A DNA stretch of 64,000 nucleotides from Podarcis melisellensis (lineage: Eukaryota): the NCBI GenBank assembly GCA_964234715.1, contig OZ174277.1, one strand, 5' to 3'. The translations under genes were made by a program, and so were the position numbers. Position 1 is the first letter of the stretch; each line of letters opens with the position of its first letter. This document shows, piece after piece, positions 35,575 through 48,405 of the stretch. The notes under the pieces are model-generated. The model searched no databases. It saw nothing but the letters and a program-made list of their open reading frames with translations, and was not told the origin of the DNA.

Positions 35575-38163
35575 GTATGTGCCAGTTTTCTAAACCCTGA
35601 ATTGTTAACTGTGAGTATAGGAACTGCTTCTCAGTCTTGGAAAGGCAACAACACTGACCTTCCGGTCTCTATTCATGCCTTCACCACAAAACAGCCTGTA
35701 GCTAAGTGCAGGCTTTTCCAAACTGTTCAGCAGAAAATATAATTTTGCAAAAAAACTCAGCCATACTTAACTTTATAGATATTAATATTTTTGCCCATCC
35801 TTGAGGCTTGACTTAAACTCTTTCCTGATGAGAGAGAGGGAGCAGAGCCCATGTGTCAAGTTATTTTAAAAATCTCTGGTAAACTAAATGCACCGAGAAG
35901 AACAGAAAGTACTGAATAGTCTGAAGATGCAGAAAATATAGATATGGTATGTTAGGAATCAGTCAGTTATTTTAATTTCCACAATGTAATTTACGAGTAT
36001 CTTGATGTGCTAAAATCCACAATAAAATGAGAAGAGGCTAAGTCAAGATGGGAAAATCAACAAATAAATTACTAATGTGCATTTAAGCCAGACAGCTGAC
36101 CAGTGCACTTGTTTATAAGACCGTGTTGACAAATGTGCATCCTGTATCAGAATAAATCAATTGAACTGCTATATTGATGTCAGTTGAGCTGCTCATTGCT
36201 GACTTGCAGCTGAACTGTGTTTGGGAAAAGACCTGGGGCATAATTAGAATTTTAAAAAATTACTAGTCCAGAAAAGGCTTCAAAAAGCACACAAGCTGTC
36301 AGGTGATGTGGGAAATAACTCAGAAAAAAATAGAGTCATAGAGACCATAGAGTTGGAAGGGACCACAAGGGACATCGAGTCCAACCTCCTTCAATGCAGA
36401 AATCTTTTGCCCAGTGTGGAGCACTTTGCTTCCTTCCCAGATACTAGGGCTGGATTCAGAGAAATGTCCGCCTCACAGAAGCTTTCATAATGTGCTCCGT
36501 CCAGTTTTCAGATACCCACTTCCTTCCTCAGTTTGTCGTGCTATAGTCTACCCTATTCAACAGAACCCTATAACCATTCGGAGAAGCTTTCTTGGCTGCT
36601 TGGAGGGGGACACTTTCCCCCCTCATCACGACCCTTTGAAGTAGGAGCTGCTGAGAGTTAGCCAAGGCCACCTACTGAGCTTCATGGATGAATGGAGATT
36701 TGAACACCTGTCTCCCACTATTTTCCAGAATGTTGGCTAGTTCTGCCTTTTGCATGATCGTTAGGTGACTGGTCTATCTCTGTGTTGTGGAAAACTTTGA
36801 GTTGCAGCGATCAAGGAAAATGCAAGCTTTGGTACTGGTGTTCTATCTTTTCTAATGCCTAAACCCAGAATACTCTAATATAGCTTAGTTTAGGTTTAGT
36901 TTATTGTTTATATTCCCATTTATATCCAGAATTGCTGCTTTATGATTACCGCCAAACTGAAACTGGCATCACCTCTGTGATAGACAAACAGTTAGCAGTT
37001 ATATTCAGATGGTCTCCAGGCAGGAAACATAAATTGCTTGTGTGAACTCTCAAATTGGCCAGTTCTTATGGGGTCATTTAGGGTGACTGCTTTTACTGAA
37101 TATTTTGAAGATGCATAAAGGACACAATTTGTAGAAGTGGTGTTTTTTATATATATATAAAAAACACTTTATAATTTGTGACCCAAAGAGCTACTTTCAG
37201 CAAGCCTGTGGACTTGAGCTAACCAAATAGAAATGTTGACTTGGAGCTGAAGATTGTGATGCTGTCATAAACTGCCTCTGTAATTTTCAAGTTCCATTAG
37301 AGGGAACTGTTTAAGTTAAAAGTTCACTTTCCATGAGAGCACAGAAGTAGCTGCATGGCTCTTTGGATTCTGGCCTATGTTGTTGGTCTTGTGAGTAACA
37401 CATTGATAAATTCTTATGCATTGTGTTGGATCCAGAGTTTCTGTGAGCAGAGCACTGCTCCTAGGATGCTCCAGCAAGTTGCAGTACTATAGCTGTTCTA
37501 GTACATTTCAAAGCTGCTCTCGTGTATTTCAGTGCTAACATTGTCAGGAGATTAAAATGTAACAATAACGCTTAAAAGACACCCATCTTTTTAGATGCCA
37601 TACGTGCCCACAATCAGTCTCACTCACTTTCATACCTTAAGTACTATACTGTACTAAAAAAAAACCAATACCCATATTTGTTTGTAGGCCTTTTGGGTTA
37701 TGTTTCTGGTCAGTGTGAGATTAGAACCTTCTCCTTGAGAGAGCTCCTGCCTCAGTGCTTTTCCTGGCAGCGTTGCTTGTTTATGTCTCTTGGTTTGGCA
37801 GCAACTCCTGCATGTTTGGCAGACTTGGTAAGCACAGCTGGATTGGATTTTTCAGGTCTTTAGATTTCAGGTTTGGCAAACTAAACTGGTCCTTTCAGTA
37901 GGAGCCGGCCTTGTGAGATTAATTTGCCCATTGTTAGTAATTCATATGTCAAGCATATATGAATGACAAAAAAAAACAAAACAGCAAAGGCTCATAATAC
38001 TTCTGAAGTTTAAAAAAGAATGATTTAGAGAAGGCATTTCTAGGAAAAATGCATGTATTTTACACTGAAGAAACAAGTGGGAGCAAAATATTTTCATGTC
38101 CTCTTTCTAAAGGACAGGTAGCATTTTCACACACTAATTTGCTCCTTTTCTTTTCCTTTATAG

Positions 38164-38237
38164 AGCTAAATACCACAAGTTAAAATATGGCACCGAGCTG
38201 AATCAGGGAGACATGAAGCCTCCTAACTATGATTCAG
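38164..38237 (+). CDS. STRN: Striatin exon 3
   Basis: Pyrimidine tract plus tag acceptor; AKYHKLKYGTELNQGDMKPPNYDS; G|GTAAGG donor. Confidence 0.95.
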
Positions 38238-38427
38238 GTAAGGATTGATTTGTGTAAAGGAAAATGAGACTGGGCAAAAGAGAAAAAGCTGCCGTTTTGT
38301 GAAATGTGTTGACTTAGTCTGATATGTATGTAATAGAAGGCTCTGAGGGGTTGGGTATAACTACTGGCCCTGCACACCCTCTGCCTCTTCACAAGCAAAT
38401 CTCCCTCTCTCTCTCCAATTAAGTCTG

Positions 38428-38785
38428 TGGTGGCGCTGTGGGTTAAAGCCTCAGCGCCTAGGACTTGCCGATCGAAAGGTCAGCGGTTCGAATCCCTGCA
38501 GCGGGGTGCGCTCCCGCTGCTCAGTCCCAGCGCCTGCCAACCTAGCAGTTTGAAAGCACCTCCGGGTACAAGTAGATAAATAGGGACCGCTTACCAGCGG
38601 GAAGGTAAACGGCGTTTCCGTGTGCGGCTCTGGCTCGCCAGATGCAGCTTTGTCACGCTGGCCACGTGACCCGGAAGTGTCTCCGGACAGCGCTGGCCCC
38701 TGGCCTCTTAAGTGAGATGGGCGCACAACCCCAGAGTCTGTCAAGACTGGCCCGTACTGGCAGGGGTACCTTTACCTTTACCTTT
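38428..38785 (+). mobile_element. Sauria SINE (different subfamily)
   Basis: GTGGCGCTGTGGGTTAAA head, GGTTCGAATCC B box, tail (ACCTTT)3. Confidence 0.88.
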
Positions 38786-39232
38786 AAATTTAACCTTAGC
38801 CTTCATAGCTGTTGTCCCCTTGGCTTAAAATGAAATCACCTGTAGGTTGCCAGACCCGTAATATATAAAACGATGTTAAGGAGGATGCTTATTGTTGGTT
38901 TTAATTCTTGTGCTCTCTTAACAAACAGTTTGCTGGTCCTTCTGTCCTTAGTGGGAGGTTTAAAGAAAGTTACATTAGGAAGATACTTAGTAGCTAAGTA
39001 TTCTCCTGTGCTGGCATGCTGCATTTGCACCCTTTGTTTCAAAATTTCCTCATTACCGAAAGCAACTTGGTTTCTTTCTCTTTTTGAGGGAGTGTGACAC
39101 TTTGTGAACAGGTGGAAAAGGTATACTGTTGTTAAACTTATCACAACTTTTTATGTTCCTGTTCTGAATTCTTATGTACAGTTTGCATTTGTTCTCCTGT
39201 GTTGTATAGGTCATTGCAAAAACACAGATATA

Positions 39233-39474
39233 CAGTGGTACCTCGGGTTAAGTACTTAATTTGTTCCAGAGGTCTGTTCTTAACCTGAAACTGTTCTTAA
39301 CCTGAAGCACCACTTTAGCTAATGGGGCCTCCCGCTGCTGCCGCGCCGCTTCTGCGCAATTTGTGTTCTCATCCTGAAGCAAAGTTCTTAACCCGAGGTG
39401 CTATTTCTGGGTTAGCAGAGTCTGTAACCTGAAGCGTCTGTAAACTGAAGCATATGTAACCCGAGGTACCACTG
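39233..39474. mobile_element. Tc1/mariner (Tigger-like) MITE, 242 bp, inverted relative to the 11448 copy
   Basis: TA|CAGTGGTACCTCGGGTTA...TAACCCGAGGTACCACTG|TA perfect 18-bp TIRs. Confidence 0.9.
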
Positions 39475-39612
39475 TATAGGAATTAAATGTGCAATATTCT
39501 ACAGATGTAAATAATTAAGAGTGTACTGATTTTATTTTTTTAAGCATGCTGTAAAGCACAAGACTGCTTAAGAAAGGCGGGTTTCAAAACTATATTGGTT
39601 TTAATATTTCAG

Positions 39613-39691
39613 ATGAAGGGAACGAAACTGAAGTTCAGTCACAGCCAACTAGTCAGCTAATATGGAAACAAGGACGACAGCTACTCAGACA
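39613..39691 (+). CDS. STRN: Striatin exon 4 (calmodulin-binding region)
   Basis: tttcag acceptor; DEGNETEVQSQPTSQLIWKQGRQLLRQ; CA|GTAAGT donor. Confidence 0.95.
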
Positions 39692-40734
39692 GTAAGTGAC
39701 CTAAAAACGGGTTTCGGATGAGGGTCTTTCCTATCTGGGACAGAACCTTGGACCTTTTTACAGACAAAACACATGCTCTCCTGCTGAGCTATGCTTCTTC
39801 CCTGAGGATAGATAGCAAAATTGTAACGAAGGCAGGATGAGGTATTGATTAAAACTTGAATAGCTTGTGATGAGAAAAATAGGGTGGGGTTAAAGCTTGT
39901 CACTCTTGATGGATGGTTCTTAAATTAGTTCTGGGTTGTCCTGATAGCAATAAGGATTGGGTATGGAAGGCTGCTCATTCCACTCCTCCCCACTTGAAAA
40001 CCCCATGTTTAGTGTTCCTGTTTGGAACTTCTGGTTCTAGATTGAGAGAACTGGAATTCCTTTCACCAAGAGCCTTGAGTTTACTGGAACTGACCAGCAG
40101 GGCTGGGTGACAGGTGAGGGAATTCAGAAGCATGACAATATTTATTCTTTGTGGTCATTGCAATAATGTTTGAAACCTTTTTGCTCAAAGGTTTAAGGAT
40201 TGCAAAAAGATTAAAAGCAAATGTAATCAATTTCTGACTTTAGTGTAAGGCAGTATTCATGTGAGAAGGGAAGCTAGAAGGAAATGCTGTTTGGTAGAAT
40301 AGACAGTTGAGAGAACACAAATTCTTATAAACTTGCCTAATGGCCAAGAACGCTTTGGTAAGGCATTGGTTTTGATTGTGGAAAATTTCTTATAAAGAGT
40401 TGCCTATATAAAAGTAACTGTATTTATGAAAAAAAATGGGTTGAAAATGCACGGAGAACTTTTGTTTCTTTTGGCAATTATAATGAATAAAGTATTGTGT
40501 ATATGCAGACAGCAGAGCTCTTTGCCTTTCTTGGGGACTGTAGAGACTGGTACTGCAAGAGACAATCCCCTCTGAAACTGACACAAGAAGATTTGTAAGC
40601 CTGTTGTGTCAGCACACAGCTACATTCTTCTTCTTACCACAATCTATTGGTTGATTCTGGGTGGATTGTGGCGATTGACTGTAACATCTTTGCTGATAGC
40701 TCACGAGCAATTGACATGGTTTCTATATATACAG

Positions 40735-40902
40735 ATATCTGCAAGAGGTGGGATACACTGACACCATACTGGATGTGAAGTCAAAGCGGGTACGAACTTT
40801 ACTGGGTCTCTCAGGTGATGGTCCAGAAAGGGAAAATGACAAAAACCAAGAATCAATGGTGAATGGCACAGATGCTGAGATTAAAGAAAAGGTGATGATT
40901 GG
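40735..40902 (+). CDS. STRN: Striatin exon 5
   Basis: tacag acceptor; YLQEVGYTDTILDVKSKRVRTLLGLSG...ESMVNGTDAEIKEKVMIG; GG|GTAAGT donor (phase 2). Confidence 0.95.
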
Positions 40903-43900
40903 GTAAGTGCTTTTGACAGTGGGATGCTTCCAGTGGTACAAATTATGCTTTTGAACATAATGTACTTAAGTAAATTTTCCAGTGGTGTCATATACTGCAC
41001 CAGTTTATTACATTTCAACGTTGTGCATATATTTGCTGAATTTTTCATTCTGTTCCTTGTAAGCTAAGCAACTAAATTTGCTTAGTCTAGGAAAATTAGT
41101 GGACTCATTTTTTTTTAAAGTACTCTAGTAGGTTACATCAACTCAATTTAGGACATTGTTTGGTCTGTGAGTAGCCTGTTCTTCTAACAGATATTATGCA
41201 AGTCTTGAAAGAAGTGTCATGTCCTGAGATGTAAAATGCCCCTTGCATCCCAAACTGTAAACACAACAATTGCGTGTACTTTCATAATGTATGTTAGTAA
41301 TTTTGCTGATGGCTTAGAACAGATTTGGATGGAAACTGGAGGGAGAAAAGACTTAAATTGTTCATATGAACTTTGGGTTCAGGGGATTCCATTCCTGTGG
41401 AATTCTTTATTTTTCTTTGGTGACAACTCTGTTGATAAGAGTGTGTTCTTATTTACTATTATGAGAGTAGTTCTAAATCAGCAGGGATAAATAACAAAAG
41501 ACAAGAAAATATTTTCAAGAGCATTTTTTTTTAATTTGCTGCTTTCTAAGGTGATGTAAAAATGTCATAATGCTTCCTTAAAGAAGAATTACTTGTTCTG
41601 TCCATGGAAAATTTTATGCAAGTCAATGTATTTGCTAATGTACAGATCCCAGTGAAAACTTTTGCACTCAAGAGCATCATGTGGACTTGGGATGTATCCT
41701 GGAAGATATTGAATCCATCAGTGGAAACATTATCTTGATAGTTTGACAGTTATAATCTTACTCACACATGTTTCATAATGTTTACTGAAAGAAATGGTTC
41801 ACTACTTCAGATCAGCACACTGGTGCTATAAAAGATAAGTACCACAGCTCAGCATGACTGAACTCAGCAGGGGACACTAAAATAATTAACCTTTGTATTA
41901 ACATCTAGGATTTCCAGTGTTTGCCGTGGATGTAAAAGATGCACTTTGTCATTAACATATTTGGCAGAAGAAAAGCAAATGAAACTGGGTGTAGCCTTGT
42001 GTGGGATACCAGTTAGTTCTCATTTTAATACCTGCTTCTTTAGTTTAATGATGTTACCTTTTCCTTTGCAAGTTAAGTAAAAAGTTGGGGGAACTGCATT
42101 GTTCTGCTATCTGATGCACAGTGTGCAGTAATAAAGCTCAGCCCATGTAACATTTCTGATTTTCAAATTGACTTTGAAGCATTGTTGTAAACATTTGTAA
42201 ATCTTACTGGGTAATATGTTTAAGGTGTTTTTCAAGCAATAAATGCTTTACTTCTTTTTTCATGAAAATGCACCTTTCAGCTGTCTTGCAAATTGAGTTT
42301 TATAATTGATAAAAGTTGTTAGTTGACTCAATTCTAATTTGGAATTCCTTCCAAGAGGTTCATGGTAAAGCTGAATGTACACAAATATCAGAACTTGTTA
42401 AAGGATCTTGCAGTAATAGTAATGTTAGTTTTAAAGTTCTCTGTTCTAGAAAGCTGAGATTGATTTTTTTTAAGCTTACATTTTAAGAGTAAGGTTGTGC
42501 CAGGTATTTTCCAGTTCATACTAACATGCCCAAGGACTAGCGCTTTGCATATATTATTATTATTGATCTAATTGATTCTGTTTATGAATCACTTCCCATA
42601 AAATATGTCAGAACACTTCACAATGAGAACTTCAACAATGAAACTAATTAAAAACAAATTCTGTATATAAAAACAATTTCAAATCTGATACAGACTGGGA
42701 TTAAAACCTTGAAAAAGGAAGGCCTTCAATAGGCTCTAAAAGATGACAGAGATGGTGCCTCTCTGTTGTGTAACGGAAGCAGTTTCAAAGGGTAGGTGCC
42801 ACCACTCTGAAGGCCTGGTTCCAGACTTCCTGCTGTTATTTTCTGCCTGTGTTTCAGCTAAAACAAACAACTTGCATGGGCTGAAAACACTTCCAGTTGC
42901 CCAAGGAGTGACATAGGTTTCTGCTGATCTTGCCCACCCTGGCCAGTAGCTGCAGATTCTTGTACAATATGAAGTGTGCTCTGAGGTCACAAGATGCTGC
43001 ACAGGCAGGAGGAAGTGGGAAAGCCACTTTCTTTGAGCAGAACATTAGGGTTCTATATTGCTATTTTGGTGCTTTTTTCCCTTATTACTGCCACTTGATG
43101 TTTCTGGGACTGACCAAAAGCCAGTCAAGAATCATGTTGTAAATGTGATGACATCACTTAGCCAATCAGATTTAGCTGCATTACAGCGTCAGAAAGCCAA
43201 TTCAAAGTGAAGATCATGTTTCCTGATCTCACATGGAATGGTCTTAGTGATGACATCATGCGACAATTAGACTTGACTGTGTGACATCACAAAGTTGATT
43301 TGCCGAATGCCAGAAGGGGTCTCTTGTTCATAGCATTATTGGGAATATTAATGAGCACTTAGGCTTATAATAATAAATAAATAATAAAAGTTGTAGCTGA
43401 ATCCGAGTCTCTTCCACATTTGCGCCCTTTCTGATGTTTTAGGGATTCTGCTATTCTGCTGTCTCTACTCTCCACCTCAAGTCATCATCAGACAAAGAAA
43501 CTATAGAATTGAAATCCTTTTTTAAAAAATTCAGATAAGACCTAAGGAAGGTGTATAGAAAAGATGTAACAAGCCCTTTTCTGTGTAACGTATGTAATAG
43601 AAGAATAAGTGTACATGTCATGTGATTATTACTTTTAAAAGATAAACCTTACGATACTTCTTGGATTTTTCTGTGTGATGTTATCTGATTTTCAATATTA
43701 AGATTCTGCACATTGTGATATTTCTATTTATCTGGGCAGTAAACTGTAACTGCACTTTTAAAAGAATTTTGCATTAATCAATGTGATATTTGCATAATTT
43801 GTTGGGCAGTGTGTATAAAAGAATTCAGAATGTGTTCATCACTTGAGACTTGTATGGGACAGTGAATATCATTTCTTTAGCAAAAAATTTGCTTTAACAG

Positions 43901-45750
43901 TGTTAGTGTGATTACTGTTGCTTCATGTCCACCATTTATGCATACCTGCCAGTGTGTACAGTCTGCATAAAGTGGAGAATAGGATCACTCTGTGTGCACC
44001 TATCACTTCCCTGGACTGCCTCATTTTCACATAGATATCTTTACCTAAACTCAACTTCAGATGTATGTGGGCCTCATTGGCATTAGCCTTACCCCTAAAA
44101 TTATGTGTGTAGAGTTGCATGTGCATAAATCCTATTTAAATATTATATCCAATTCGTAGATTCCAAGCAGACACGACTTAGGAGCAGGCAGCTATTTTAA
44201 TTATTTTCTGCCACCACATGCAGAAATATTCATACATCTCTGAAAAAAGGTTATACTGTAACGTTTCTACAATATGGTGCTAGTTAGCCACAGAAGGCAA
44301 CATGTTTTATGACATTTATAGGACACACAATAGCAAAGTTCTCTGGGTGGCTTACAGTTAAATCTGAATGTATGTTTCCAGAACTTTTGAGACACTTAGG
44401 CTGCAATCTTATGCACTTTTGAGCATAGGATTGCACTATTGGCCTTATTAATATATTGACAAACATGCATGGGATTTTTTCTTGAAATTTCAAATTTAAA
44501 AAATTGTAGCCTTGCTAACTTTCCTTTACATTTTTCTATACCTTGACTGACATGGCATTAATTATGACCTGGCCCGTTTTCCTTGTTTTACTGCCTTTTG
44601 TTGCATAATGAAAAATTGCTTGTTTGCAACTGCCTTGGTTACCCACACAGCCTCCTAGTATGCTTGAAGCTATATTTTAAATGAAAATGCAGTGTAGAAA
44701 TAATAATGAATCCTCTCTCATTTTAGTGTTTAACTAGTAATCGGAATCAAGTGACGGGTTAAATAAGAGAGGCTTGTAGCTGGAAACTGTGCACATTTAA
44801 GAACAAAATAACAAACTCTGGATCCAGCAGTGTTTTATTCTCAACTTTCTTCATAGTTTCAGAAAAAGAAACAATACAACTATCTGGATAAGAGAAAATG
44901 TATTTAATAGTTACTAAGTGAATGAAGAAAACAGCAATTAGTTTATTTAGGAAAACCTGAAGAAAGTATCAGTAAAGCTAGGTGTTTGGGGAGCTGCAGT
45001 TGCGGCTTCATTTATTTTATTCTTGTCCAAGACGGTCCCCCTCACCTTGTGTTGAGAATCTTGAAATCCAGCAAGTTGCTTCTTCTTCTTTTCAAAACAA
45101 ACAAACAAACTCCCCCACCACTGTCCCAAGTAGTAATCTAGAAACTGGAGGTTTAAGCATCTAACTATATCAGTGAAGACATTGCTTTCTAATCTCAAGA
45201 CAAAAGAAGACAATTTCAGGTATCAATGTGAGAATTGTGATATTGCTGATTAGTAGTGGTTGGCTAGTCTGTTGAAATGTGGATTCATATATGCTCATTT
45301 TCAAAAGTAGTGCTGCTTGTGGTGCTGTATGTGCGTTTTCTTCTAAAAGTGGATAATTTCAAATTTTCACTTTTCAAAGTGTTTGCTCAAGTGGAATCCA
45401 TGTTAAACGAAGCGTGGTAAATAAATTTAAAGAGTTTGGATCAAGAGGTAGCCTTCTGCAAATGGAAGAGCTGGCAATCCAGTGGAGGCTGCCATTCACA
45501 GAAAGAGGAAGAGGGGATTCTTAACTTCCTGAGCACATTTTTAGGGGCACCAGGGGACTCTGCTCATGTGATCTCTGGATCCAGCCCAGAATGTAATAAA
45601 AGGCCCCTTCGTCGTCATTTTTCATAGGAATAGCTGTTTAAGTCTTATGATACATTCAAGACTAACAAATTCGCTATGTCACAATCTTTTGTGAACTCCA
45701 GTTGCTTGAATTTCAATCCTAAATAGACAGAGGAGTGTGTATGTATGTAT

Positions 45751-45752
<2 letters not shown>

Positions 45753-45786
<34 letters not shown>
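45753..45786. repeat. (AC)n microsatellite
   Basis: Direct inspection. Confidence 0.95.
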
Positions 45787-45789
<3 letters not shown>

Positions 45790-46450
45790 TAAAAGAAAAT
45801 AGGGGACGCTGGAGTTAAGTGGTAATGAAACACATTAATGGAAGCATCTTAGCATTGTTGAGTAATCAACCAGTTGCTGCTGTGGTGAAGTATCATTGCA
45901 TATTTTGCATACATTTAAGTTCTAATTGAATTATCAGAATATACATTTTATATTTCATTGTAATTTAACTCAAAACATTTACAGTTTTCCCCTTTGCTTG
46001 TGTGTGTATATCTTCAAACCAAGAGTTATGCTTTGTGCATTGAATGGAGTGGACTGTAGTCTATAAAAGAGTGTGTACTGTCATTTTTTTTAGTCATGAT
46101 GGTGCCATGAGACTCATTCTAGTTTTTGTCTTGCACCGCAATATACATTTATGAATGTGAAACTGAAGTTCCAGTAGCACACAGAGAGAGATCGCGTGGA
46201 CTAATGATAAAACTCTTTCAAACCAATGCTGTGTATAATGACATGGATGCCAAATTTTATATTGTTGTAAATGTTTGGTTTTATTATGAAAATAAATAAG
46301 AACATTTATATATTAAAAAGAAATTGCAGATCCATTGGAGAATTATATCATTTCCCCTATATTTTTTATGTGCGTTTGGCTTTGTTAAACATAATGAAGA
46401 GAGAAAAACAGACAAAATAACCCTTTGATGCTATTTTAATTTTTATCTAG

Positions 46451-46586
46451 GAAACCAGATTTGACAGACTCTGCTTCGCTGCTAGAGACATTTAAATTCC
46501 TTGAAAATGCTGCAGCAGAATTTAGTGATGAGGACGAAGATGATGATATTGATGGAAGAGAGAGAACAATCATGGACACTTCAACG
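46451..46586 (+). CDS. STRN: Striatin exon 6
   Basis: tttatctag acceptor; KPDLTDSASLLETFKFLENAAAEFSDEDEDDDIDGRERTIMDTST; ACG|GTGGGC donor. Confidence 0.93.
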
Positions 46587-47000
46587 GTGGGCTGAGAACT
46601 CTTAATCATAGAACAAGACTTTCAGTGAAGGGATCTTAAAAATCATGATATGGCATATATTCCAATCCTTATGTGTGAGCAAATGCAAGGATTTAATTGT
46701 GGCACATTTTTGCAAGTCGGTCTGATAAATAGTATTCTAGTACTGTATTGCTACCTCCTGTCCAATTAAAAGAAGCCTAGCTTGGCCTCCTCCTCTACGA
46801 TTTACACACGGCTTTGATTAAATGAGATTAAATTCCCTAGTGTTCTAAAGATTATATAGTACATTAGTATTGAAGTTAAATTTAAAATTAACAGTGATGT
46901 ATATAGCCTTCTCTTTTGTGTCCCCGTCTGCCCTAGAGTGCAGGGATATGTAGAAATAATACAGACACAAGTGTTTCATTTCATTTTCTGTCCTTCATAG

Positions 47001-47136
47001 ATTGTGAGGAAAAGGGTGCTATCAGATAGCAGTGAAGACCGAGATACTGAAGAGGCCTTGAAGGAGTTTGATTTCTTGGCTACATCCGATGAAGGAGATG
47101 GAGAGTCAAGAAGTTCAGGAGACGGCACAGACTGGG
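47001..47136 (+). CDS. STRN: Striatin exon 7
   Basis: ttcatag acceptor; IVRKRVLSDSSEDRDTEEALKEFDFLATSDEGDGESRSSGDGTDW; G|GTAAGG donor. Confidence 0.94.
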
Positions 47137-48330
47137 GTAAGGAAGTAAAAAGGAATTCTTCAGAAATGCAGGAACTTGTTTAAATGCAAAAAAATGTAGC
47201 AGTTGTAATATTGTTGAGGATATGCTGCTGTAGCTATGGGGTGACACAAACCCTGCCAGATCCTCCCCACCTTTGTATTTTATCTAGATAGAATAAACAA
47301 TTTTATTGAAGTTATCATTTTCTATGAATAGTTCGAGTTAGTTGTAAGATGTAACTTTTAAAACTCTGTTCTGTAAGGAAATTGGCTATTCTTTGGGGAT
47401 GCCACTAAAACATCATACAAAACCTTCTAACTCCTTAGGAACATGGTGTCTTAGCCATGCAATGCTACGGAAACTGGCTGTAGAGGTAGGAGAATGTTGT
47501 AGGTCATGTGCCTGTCATGACTTTGTGTGTTTCATGGGTTGGCCAAGAAGGAAACAACGCTTGGTTCAGTCTCATTACATAAGAGAACGACCAAGACATA
47601 GACCACCTCCACTTCTTGATACTTCTCGGCATTAAAGCCCTTGGGCCAGAATAAGCCCCACAGAGTCTGCTTTGGCATTAGCTTCATGACTTCAGGTGGT
47701 GAAATGGTAGAGTAAAAAAACAGAATGAAATGGCAGACAATGTGAGCCTGTGTCAGGGCAAAGTGGCCAGTCTGACATGCAGTGTTGGGGCTTCCCATTC
47801 CTTCTGAAGCCAGTTTTGCATGTTGGGTTCACTTTCATTCTCCGCACTCCCTTTGCCTACCAGACCAAGATTGATATTTAAGAATGTATAAAATGCTTAA
47901 TATAGAATATCTGTGAGTGGTGAACAAGAGGACATAAGAATAAATAATATAAGATCAATCAAATAAAAACTATGAAGCATAATTTAGCTTCTTTTGTAGA
48001 TTGTATCTCTGCAAACTCAAAATACAACTGGGGAAGACCAGAGTAAACAGAGAAGTTTTCAGCAGGTGTCTAAAATGCAGAATATCTGTCTCCTTACATG
48101 TCAGTTGTTATATACATTATTTTTACTTGCCACTTCCTTGATGGCATCCTTGATGGCATTTCACTTCTTCCAGAGTGGCCAAATACAAATAATTCAAAAC
48201 GGGATTGAAATGGTGCCTTTGCCTTTACAATCTGTTTCTGAAGGGTCCATCATACTAACCCATTTCCTGCAGATATTCTTGTAATCCTTTATAAACTCAT
48301 ACCTATCCATATTTGCTGTTCCTCTGGGGC

Positions 48331-48352
48331 TGTGTGTGTGTGTGTGTGTGTG

Positions 48353-48402
<50 letters not shown>
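48331..48402. repeat. Compound microsatellite (TG)n(GA)n
   Basis: Direct inspection. Confidence 0.95.
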
Positions 48403-48405
<3 letters not shown>

